Shown piece by piece: positions 54,805 through 64,000 of a stretch of DNA of 64,000 nucleotides. The notes under the pieces are model-generated. The model was given only the letters and a program-made list of their open reading frames with translations, searched no databases and was not told the DNA's origin. The translations under genes and the position numbers were made by a program. Source of the stretch: Mantamonas sphyraenae STR306 (taxonomy: Eukaryota; Protista; CRuMs). How positions within the stretch are numbered: position 1 is the first letter of the stretch; each line of letters starts with the position of its first letter. Location of the stretch: assembly GCA_026936335.1 (NCBI GenBank), contig JAPMXV010000046.1:248001-312000 (forward strand). The letters are read 5' to 3'.

Positions 54805-57074
54805 TCACAGTTCCTTCTTGTCGTGCTCTGCAGACTCGTCGGCCACGGTGGGCACCTTCGGTGAGGCGTGCGGAACGAGCTCGGCCTCGCAGGACATCCT
54901 CAAGCCATTCCTCGATGGACTCCTCGTCAAAGCGGCCCACAAAGGGCACATACACCTTGCGACGTGCGTTCATGACGACCACGCCCGGGTAGCCCGAGCT
55001 GTAGTGCAGACTCTCGAGGAACTTGTACTGCTTGGCTCCGTCCAGCCACACAAAGCGGAACGGCTTGCCCTTGACGGCGGTGCGCACCTTTTCCATGCGA
55101 GCCAACACACCTGCACGCTCCGTTGCATCCTGGTCGATGGTGTCCATCAGGACCACCACACACAAACCGGTGCGCTTGACACAGCGTGACTCAAACGCCT
55201 CCTGGGTCGTCAACTGCACAATCTCTGCGTCCTCCTGCTCGCTGGCAGAGGCAGCTGCAGTGCCGTCTGTGGTGCCATCGTCACTCGCAGGCGCAATGGC
55301 ACTCAGGAACTGGGCAATGGCTGCGCGCTTGAGCGGGCCCTGGTACGGCGAAAATTGCAGCTGCTGCTCGTCCACGCTGGCCTCCCGCTTGTCCTCGGGC
55401 ACCACCGCCACATACAAGGCGGGCACCTTGCTCACCTGGAACTGCTTCATCATGGCCTCATCCTCGGCGCTGGCCTCGTAGAACACCAGGCGACCCTCAA
55501 ACTCGGCCGCAAGGGACTTGAACATCGGCTTCCCGGGCGTTTTGGTGAACAGAATCACCTTGCTTTGGCCTCCGTCGTCCGTGAAGCGTGCACGCATGTT
55601 GATGCCCGACAGATCCTGGACCAGGTTGGGCATGCTGTTGATGGCAAACTGCGACAGTCCCTGCGACGTGCGCGGACCCTGGTAGTCCTGCGGGTTGCGC
55701 TTCTCCGCCACCCCGTGCGGGAACAACTTGATCGTTGGGTAGCCTTGGACGCCGTGTTGGCTGCACAGCGCCTTGTTTGCATCGCAGTCCACTGCCCCGA
55801 AGCGCACGATCCCTCGCAGCGAGTTTGCTGCACGGGCCCACTCGGGCGCCAGTCGCTTGCAGTGGCCACACCCTGCCGTTGTCGTCGTCCATCGTGTTGA
55901 TTTGCGGCGCAACACAAGTGTGCGTGTGTGTGTGTGTGTGTCAGTGCCTGCTTTGCCGTCTCCCCGCTCTTCAGCTACGCCGAGCTCACACTCCACACAC
56001 TTACAGGGTGCATAGAATTCCACCATGATCATGTCCTTGCGCTGCAACACTTCGGCTGCAAAGTTGTTCTGGTCCAGTTTGATGGATGCAGGCTGTGTGG
56101 CACGCTGGCCGCCGCTTCCGCTTTTCTTGTTGCCTCGTGTTGCTTCTCCCTCCTTGGCCTTGGGTGCTGCGTATCCCGTCAGGAACATGCTCAGAGGAAG
56201 CGCCTTGATCTTGTCCTGTGGAGTGGATGTGTGAGTTGGCGTGTGTGCCGAGTGTGTCCGTGCTGCACATTGCGTGTCGCCCTTTGGTTTTTCCGTCACT
56301 TTCCGCCGCTGACGACGTCATCCGTCTCCCTGTGTTTCCGCCCCTCCCCCCCGTCCCCATCCCAAAACTTACGGTGTATCGGTGCACCTTTGGCTCTCCC
56401 TCGCTCTGAGGCTGGAGCACAAGCAGGGTGGGAGTGGAATCCACGTCGTATTTGGCCATGAGATCCTGTGCTGCTTCGGTGCTCTTGTGCAGCTGGCCAA
56501 ACACCAATCGGCCCTTGAACTCCAGGCTCATGGCTTTGTACAGCGTGGCTGTGCGTGCCTTGTCGGTAAAGAGCACAACACGTGCCAAATCCGCAGGCGA
56601 ACTGCTCATGAACTTGGCAAAGTCGTCGTTGGACGCCAGCTGGTGCACGTATGTCTCCGGCAGCTGGGCGGTGGCAAAGCTGACCATGGAGCGCACGTCG
56701 CGCGCTCCATTGTAATCCAGCGGCGTGCGCGAGTTGCTGGTGAACACTTTGATGGTGGGGAAGCCTTGGATGCCGTACTGGCCAGCCAGGGATCGGTGTG
56801 TGTCTGCGTCGACGGCTGCCACCTTGACAATGCCCTTGAGATTGGTCGCCACCTTTTCGTAGATGGGCGCCAGGTTCTTGCAGTGGCCACACCAGTTGGC
56901 GTAGAACTCAACAATCCACACGTGCTGATCAAACACTTGATCAAAGTTGCTTGGCGTCAGCGTGATGACGTTGGAGCCGTACTCGTACAGCGCCTCGCTC
57001 GGCCGCACACACACCACTGCACACACAAGCAGCAGAAGCGTCGCCTTCATGCTCACTCTCGTGCTCGTCTTCAT
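54805..57074 (-). CDS. PDIA6: Protein disulfide isomerase, PDIA6/P5-like, two WCGHC sites; spliced; +1 frame break near 54857 restores C-terminal KKEL
   Basis: Signal peptide; VEFYANWCGHCKNLAP; second site W|CGHC split by intron about 55873-55994; +1 frame gives ...VPTVADESAEHDKKEL*. Confidence 0.85.
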
Positions 57075-57149
57075 TGTCTCTCTGTTGCTTCAACGGCGAT
57101 GGGATTCGGGTGGGGCTGCCTGCGCGCGGCTCTGCGCCCCCCAAACAAA

Positions 57150-60100
57150 ATGTCCTCCGATCAACACAACGCCCCTGTTGAATTGGACAACCTGGACATG
57201 GAGTTTGATCGTACGTGCCACTTGTCGCACCCGTTTTCCATCATCCTTCTCACCCTCGTTCGTCGTTGCTCACACACACGCCTTTGCCATGTTCCCACCG
57301 CTGCAGCCGAGAGCCTGTCTGCCGCTGTCGACGAGACCACAGGTTCGGTGCGGAGCCACCGCACTGCATCGAGTGCTGCGCCCCCGCCTCCGCCGTCCAA
57401 TGGGCCACCCATGGACAACGAGCGCGTGGGAACGCTGACCAAGAAGAAGGCGGAGCAGGCACGCACATCGGTCGCCCAGTACTATGCTGGCGGTGGCGTG
57501 GGACCTGCGCGAGACTTTCACGAACGCACCCGAAGCCAACAGCGTACGTGTGCTTGTGCAGTGTGTTGAGGGGACCCTTTCGTTGCGCGGCAACTGCCTG
57601 CCAAAACACCACTCGGCCCCTTCGCGCTTTGCGTTGGCGCCTCCTTGGAAACGGCTTCACGTTCCAACGCCCTGGGCGTCCATCGACTCACACTGCCTCT
57701 TCCCCCTTCCGGTCTACTTGCTGCATGTGCGGCACTGAATACATGCGTGGCTGCCCCCGTGCCCACTTGCCACACACACTCTCACAGAGTCGCAACAAGG
57801 CGAAATTTCGGACGGCACAGGGACACAGCGCCTGCGCGCCCACGTGCTCCTCAAACGCCAATGGGAGGAGCGTGTGGGCCCGTCCATCGACGACAAACAA
57901 GTCATTGCGTCTGTGCGCAGGTACGTTGCGTGTCTTTGTGTCTTTTGCCAGGCCGTGGCCGCGTAGTTTCGAGTTGCACCGCCAGTCGTCCAAGATCTCA
58001 CTCACTCACGCTCGCCTTCCCCGCCGCCCCCACGCCTGCACCTGCACAGGTACCGCGACGAAGATCAGCAAGAAGTCAAGAAACAGAGCTATGGCATCGA
58101 AGCCGACGACCTGGATGCCATGATTGTGCGCAAGTACACAAAGAACAACGCGGACATCATCAACAAAGTCAATGTCGAGGGTGGCCGACGCATCCAGGAG
58201 GTCATTGACGAGGAGCAGGCTGCATTGAACGCACAGGAGGAGGCACGCAACGACTCCAAGTTGCGCAGGGCCTCGGAGCTCCTGCGTGGCTCAAAGACCC
58301 TCAGCAGCAAGAAGAAGCGCGAGCTCACTGACATTGAACGCCTCTACCTCGCTCGTGTCTGGCTCGAAGACTCCATCAACGGCCGTGAGCCGAAACTCCA
58401 TCGCATTGGCATCCGTCCCGTCAAGTAAGTGTGCCTGTGCACGTGGCATCGTGCCCATCCCATCCCAAACTTCCCCCACCCCCCCCCGTGCGACCCCCAA
58501 CCTTTGGCTCACCCATCTGTGTTTCCTCTCCCTGCACAGAGCCTACCGCTTGCAGATGTCCATTGAGTACCGCCGCTTCATGAAGCTCGTCATCTTTCTT
58601 CACATGTGCATGTCGTTGTTGGAGGCACCCAACGAGCGCGTGGGCCTTTCGGCGACGGTGGAGGCGTGGTACCCGTTCATGCTGCTTCTTGAGGCGGCGT
58701 TTTCCATCATCTACATTGTCGACGTCCTTTTGCGTCTCTACCACATGGGTTACCGCCGCTACTTTGCCCGCAAGTGGAACTGGACCACCACCCTGGTGGT
58801 GGCGGCCATCACAACCGACATCTACTTTGCTATCACCACCGGCTCCACCTTTCGCTTCTCCCGCGCCTTGCGGCCGGCCCTACTCTTTACGTACAGTATC
58901 ACCATGCGTCGGTTCTTCCTGCTGGTTGTCGAGAGCCTGCCGGCCATCATCGAAGTGTCTGTTCTGCTCGGCTTTGTGCTGCTCATGTACGCAATTACAG
59001 GCGTCGAGCTGTTCAAGGACCTGTACCCGAGCACGTCGGCACGCACGACGGGCACGTTCACAAGCACCTCCGAGGCCATCATGACTCTGTACATCATGCT
59101 GAGCATGGAAAACTACCCGCAGGTCATGTACCCGGCGCTGCAGCGCACCATGTGGAGCTCTGCGTACTTTATGAGCTTCATTGTCCTCTCTGTGTTCATC
59201 ATTCTCAGTGTGCTCACGGCCGTGCTGTTCCAAAAGTACAAGGCGGAGCGCAAGGAGGTGTTTCTGCACCAGCGCATCCGCGAGCGCAAGGCCCTCGTCG
59301 CCGCCTTCTTTTCCCTCTCGCAGACAGGCGAAAGCGACGCCCACGACCTCAGCTTCTGGGACAAGCAGGTGGTCACCCTGCAACAATGGAAGGACCTGCA
59401 CCAGGCTGTGGACCCCAGCACACCCACCGACCAGATTGTCAAGATGTTTGACACCGTCGACACCCACGAGGTGGGCACACTCAACGTGATGCAGTTCTTT
59501 GAGATGTGCGATCTGCTGCGCTTCCGCTCCAGGCCCCTCATGACCTTCCAGCGCGACCAGCTCAGTTCGGAGTGGGCCGAGCGGTACATCGAGAACGCCC
59601 TGTTTGCCAACTCGGTCAAAGCCGTCATCATCCTCAACACGGTGGTGCTGATTGTGGCCGGCGAGTTGCACGACAGCACCTACGCCACCATGCTGGAGAT
59701 CGTCGATCTGGTCCTGCTGGGCTTCTTTTTCGTGGAGATGTGCCTCAAACTTGCAGGTCTGGGCCCGTCGGGCTTCTTCCGCCGCAGCAAGTGGAACACC
59801 TTTGACATGGTCATCCTCATCGCCTCCCTCACAGGCCAGATTTGCTTCTGGAGTGGCGCGCTGTCCGTGCGCCTGGCTTTTATCCGTGCGTTGCGACTGC
59901 TGAAGTATGCAAAGACGGTGCCTCGCTTCGAGCGCTTCGTGGACACATTTACGCGTGTGCTCTCGCCCATTCTTGCGCTGACGGGCATTGTGCTGCTTGT
60001 GTTCTACACGTACGCCATCGTGGGCATGGAGCTGTTTGGCGGCACCGTGTTGATGGTCGCCGACGATCCCGAGCACTACACCAACTTCAACTCGTTTCCG

Positions 60101-60739
60101 TTTGCCATGATGGCGCTGTTCCAACTGCTGACCCAATCGAACTACCACGACATCCTGTTTGCGGCCATGAAGCAGGTGCCGTACTCCTGGGTCTACTTTT
60201 TGTCGTTCAACTTCATCGTGGTTTTGTGCATTGTCAACCTGCTCGTGTCCGTGGTCATTGAGTTTTTCCTCAAGGAGCAAGAACAAGCGGACAAGAGTGC
60301 CCAGATGGAGCAGCTCAAGGCAGGCGTGTCTCGTCCGCGCAGCAAAATCAGCCGCCGCGACCCGGCCTGGATTGAAACACAAAACTCGCGGACGGGATTC
60401 ACCGACGGCCTGGGCATGGACGAAAGCGTGGATTTGGAACGTAGCAGGGAGTTGCCCACCACACCAGTGGCGTCGGATGGCCACCTGCCGCCTGTGGCCG
60501 AGGACGTGACGGAGGAGATTGAAGACGAGGCGTCGCTCGACGGCGACGAGGAGGAGGAAGAGCATGGCCGCTTCACCACCGCCCTGTACAACTATGCGGC
60601 CACAGAGACGAGCCAGTGCGACATCACTGTGGGCGACCAGGTGGAGGAGCTGGTCGTGGAAACCGATTGGTCGTACATCAACAATATCAGCACGGGCAAG
60701 GAGGGATGGGTGCCCAGCAACTACCTGGACGAAGGGTAG
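57150..60739 (+). CDS. TPC: Two-pore channel with EF-hand-like linker and C-terminal SH3 domain; 5 exons
   Basis: Two 6-TM domains with S4 segments FRFSRALRP and IRALRLLK; pore loops LSMENYPQVMYP and FQLLTQSNYHD; EF-like MFDTVDTHEVGTLNVMQF; SH3 ALYNY...DW...GWVPSNYL. Confidence 0.88.
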
Positions 60740-60779
60740 GTCATTCATCAAATGTAGGATGCAGGAACACCACTGCTCT

Positions 60780-63700
60780 CTATTTTTTGTCAGAAGGCAC
60801 GCGCAGGTTTTCGCGCGCCTTGTTGAGGATCTTCGAGTCGATTTGTGGGTAGCGTGGGTAGCGCTTGAGCACCTTGTGGCACACGTCGATCGCTTCGACG
60901 TAGCGCTTGGCCTTGAGCAGGTTGAAGGCCAGGCGGTAGCCCACCTCGGGGTTGTTTTCGTTGGACATTTCCCAGGCGCGATCGTAGTATGCGGCTGCGT
61001 CTGCGTATGCGCCCTCCTTCTCCATGATCAGGCCCAGATACTCTTGGCACTTGACGCTGGACCTGTTGATGCCTTCGATCTTGCGCAGGAAGCCCGCCGC
61101 GAGGTCGTACTTTCCGTTCTGCACGTACACGTCCGACAGCATGAGGTAGAGACGTTCGTACTCGTCGGCGTCCTCGTGGTTGTACGTGTGCTGGTTGTTG
61201 ATGTTGCGCAGCAGGTTCTTGGCCTTTTGCGCGCTGCCCATGCCGATGTACGCCGTGGCCATGGCCAGCGGCACCACCAGGCTGTCGTCCTCGTTGCTGA
61301 GGGGAATCAGCATCTCCAGCGCCTTTTCAAAGTTGTCCTTTGTGCCGTTGCGCATGAGGACGTACGCAGGAAGCACCCTGTACTTCATCACCTCGTCCTT
61401 ACGCGGCAGCTCCTGGATGAGGCGCTGTGCGCTCTTGATGGACTCGGCGGAGGACGAGACGTTTCCGCTTCCGCTTCCGCTGCTGCTGCCTCCGCTGCTG
61501 CTGCCCGACGCGTTTTCAAAGGCGTCGTGCGAGAGCTTGTCCATGCTGAGAAAGATCTTGACCATGTGGTAGATTGCGTCTTCGCCCCAGGTTGCATCGC
61601 GTCGTGCCGCGTTGAGCTCGAGCAGAGCCTCCTGCAGGTTGTTGCAGTGCATGAGATAGAGGCCGTGGGCATAGTGGTAGCCTGCCTCAAACTTGGCCTT
61701 GGGCGAAGAGGCCTCTGCGCCCTCGAGGTACTTGTTGGCGGCCTTGAGGTTGCCTGCGCGTCGCAGGAGGTCGATGAGACGCACGAGGGCTGTGTAGTGT
61801 GTGGGCTTGTTGCTCAGCAGGGTCTCGAAGCTGTGTGTGGCCTCGCTGATCTTGCCCATTTTGAACATGAGATCGGCCATCATCATGAGGGCCTCCTCGT
61901 TGCTGGGCTCCATGCGCAGCAGGTGGACGCAGTGGTCGCGGGACTGGTCAAGCTCGCCGCGACCCAGATGAAGCTGGGCCACAGCCATCATGGCTTTGCT
62001 GTTGGCGCGGTTGTGGCGCAGGGCGTCGTTGTAGTAGGTAAACGCGTTCTCGTACGAGCGCTTGCTGCGGTGGAATTCGGCCAGGTCGAAGCAGATGTCG
62101 CTGAGCACCTCATTCTGGGCAGAGACAAGCTCCTTCTGCTCGCCCTTGATCATGTTGATGACGGTCTGCTGTGTGGAACGGGCGGTGCCGAGGTCCTCGA
62201 TGGCGGCGTCGATGAGCTTCTCGCCCTGGTGGACCTGCGAGAGGAGGCGCAGGAACTTGACGTCCCAAATAAAGGTTTGCACGTCGTCGCCGTCCTTGCT
62301 CTCGTCCTTGAGGGCGGCGTTGAGGACGTAGGTGCTCTTGCTGTACTGCTTGAGGCGTTTGTACAGGACGGCGAGGTCATAGCGCAGGGCAAACTTGCGC
62401 GGGTCGGCCTGGACGGCTGCTTCGTAGTACTCAATGGCCTTGCCATAGTCGTGGGTACTGACGAGGGCGCGTCCGATCTTGCTGGCGAGGGCGGCGTCTT
62501 TGGGATCGAGCTCGAGGGCGGATTCGTATGCGGCGACGGCAGCTTCGGGATCCTGGATGCGCATGTTTGCGTCGCCGAGGAGGATGTACGTGTGTGTGCT
62601 GGGGTTGACCTCGGCCATGTTTTCGTAGCAGCGTACGTAGGCCTTGCGGTTCTTGCGATGCTGCAGGTAGATTTCAGCCATTTCGGTCTTGGCCTTCATG
62701 TAGTGGGGCATCTTGTGGGTGATGGAGTCGAGGGTTTCGAGGGCGCTCTCGATGGCGCCGCGGAGGACGGCAAACTTTGCGTTGGCAATGAGGACGCGCA
62801 CGTGTTCGCTGGTGCCCTGAAACTCGTTGAGGGCATCCTGCAGGGCCTTGGCCGCCTCGTGGTTGCGTCCGCTGCGTGCATAGACCTCACCGAGCTCGAG
62901 GTAGAGGGAGCAGCGGAGATGAAGGGGCACGTCGCCGTAGACGGAGGCCTGGGCACGGGAGCTGCCCGGATCAGTGACGCCCGGGAGCTTCATGCCGGCC
63001 TCGAGCACCTGAAGGGCCTCGTCCATGTTGCCTACTTTCTGGTTGACCTTTGCGGTGATGAGGTGGTACAAGGGCGACTCGCGCACTTCAAAGTTGTGGC
63101 TGAGAGCCATGCTGAGGGCCTCAGAGGCGGCACGGTACTGGTTCTGGTGGAGGAGGATCTGTGTGCGCAGAAGGTGGGCCTCGGAAAAGTCGCTCTTGAG
63201 GCGGAAGCATGTGTTTGCTGCGCTTTCGGCCTCGTCCATGCGGTTGGCGAGATAGTGGGCTTTGGCGAGGAGATGCTGGCCCTGAATGTTGCCCGGCAGG
63301 TGTTTGACAATGAGTTTGAGGAGGGAGGTGGCGCGCTTGAGGACAGGGTGGGGCGGGTCGCTGGGGTCCGCGGGCTCGGAGCCACAGAAGGAGAGGAGCT
63401 GGGTGGCAATGGAGACCATGAAATCGGCATCGAAGCGGTAGTAGTAGTAGTGGTCGTGGGCCATGGTCTTGAGGTCCTTGACATGGAGAGTCATGGCCTC
63501 GATGAGCAACTGCAAACACTTCTTGTTGCTCTTGGTGCCCTTGCGCCTGCGCAAGAGGAGGGCGTTGAGGTAAACGGCCATGGAGGTTTTGCCGACGGTG
63601 GTTTCGATGTCCGAGAGGAACTCGAGCTGCTGCTGGGCGTCCTCAACGTTGCCCTGGAGGATTTGGCAGTGGATGATGCCGTTGAGAGCCTCCATGTTGA

Positions 63701-64000
63701 GCTGGTCGACCTTGAAGGCGGCGCGATACGAGGCCATGGCAGTCTGCAGGTCGTTGAGCATGATGTGGATGAGGCCGTGTTCGGTGGAGAACTGGCTGTT
63801 GTTGGGTTCGAGCTGCAGGGCCTTTTCCACGTACTGAAGGGAGGCGTTGAGAACTCTGCAAGGGCGGGTGTGTCAGTCGAGTGGAAGGGGGGTGGGACCG
63901 GGTGCCGCGGGTTCACGTACTGAGTGGATCGGCCGCTGAGACGGACCACAGGTTGGACAACCTGGAGGTAGAGGGCGCCATTGGCAGGCTCTGAACGCTC
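60780..64000 (-). CDS. TTC21B: Tetratricopeptide repeat protein 21B / IFT139 (IFT-A), 5'-truncated by window edge
   Basis: TPR array with HNFEVRESPLYHLI, EFQGTSEHVRVLIANA, KIGRALVSTHDYGKAIEYYE, GYRLAFNLLKAKRYVEAIDVCHKVL; intron about 63856-63920. Confidence 0.95.

Noticed and set aside
9037-60739. Apparent cluster of membrane-trafficking genes (VPS18, SCAMP, SEC8, VAMP7, TPC)
   Set aside because: They are interspersed with unrelated housekeeping genes on both strands; there is no evidence of co-regulation, and chance is sufficient.
60519-63923. 1134-aa plus-strand ORF (also 16116..18839, 58880..60751, 65..1444, 36161..37495)
   Set aside because: Antisense shadows of real genes. High GC3 codon bias removes stops on the opposite strand, and the translations have no recognisable motifs.
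1-64000. Alternative genetic code or stop-codon readthrough
   Set aside because: TAA, TAG and TGA all end conserved proteins at the expected positions, and no in-frame stops occur within conserved exons.

Overview
A very gene-dense, GC-rich nuclear window from a flagellated unicellular eukaryote. It has GT-AG spliceosomal introns of roughly 65-320 nt, biased towards gene 5' ends, and an IFT139/TTC21B gene. About 25 protein-coding genes are packed with intergenic gaps mostly of 10-110 nt, shorter than the introns. Recognisable genes are CAND1, VPS18, a SCAMP-like gene, RidA, RPL18A (2 copies), SEC8/EXOC4, PCF11, THO2, glutamate dehydrogenase, VAMP7, RPA3 (2 copies), RTF2, SPT2-like, PDIA6-like, a two-pore channel and TTC21B, plus several novel-architecture proteins. 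Main oddities: (1) divergent genes whose start codons appear to overlap in one CATG palindrome, best supported for a zinc-finger gene and VPS18; (2) seven reading-frame breaks in five conserved housekeeping genes, mostly +1 at A/T runs, most likely sequencing errors but worth testing for recoding; (3) a 1.43-kb inverted RPL18A duplication with the geometry of a staggered-break inversion, and a dispersed RPA3 duplication; (4) unusual proteins: a TPC-SH3 fusion, a reelin-repeat/C-type-lectin/IPT receptor, a tail-anchored RidA, a catalytically degenerate membrane EEP protein, and a FAM47-like protein with an upstream X-box. No rRNA, tRNA, CRISPR array or transposon was recognised. All family calls are from memory of motifs, not from database searches.
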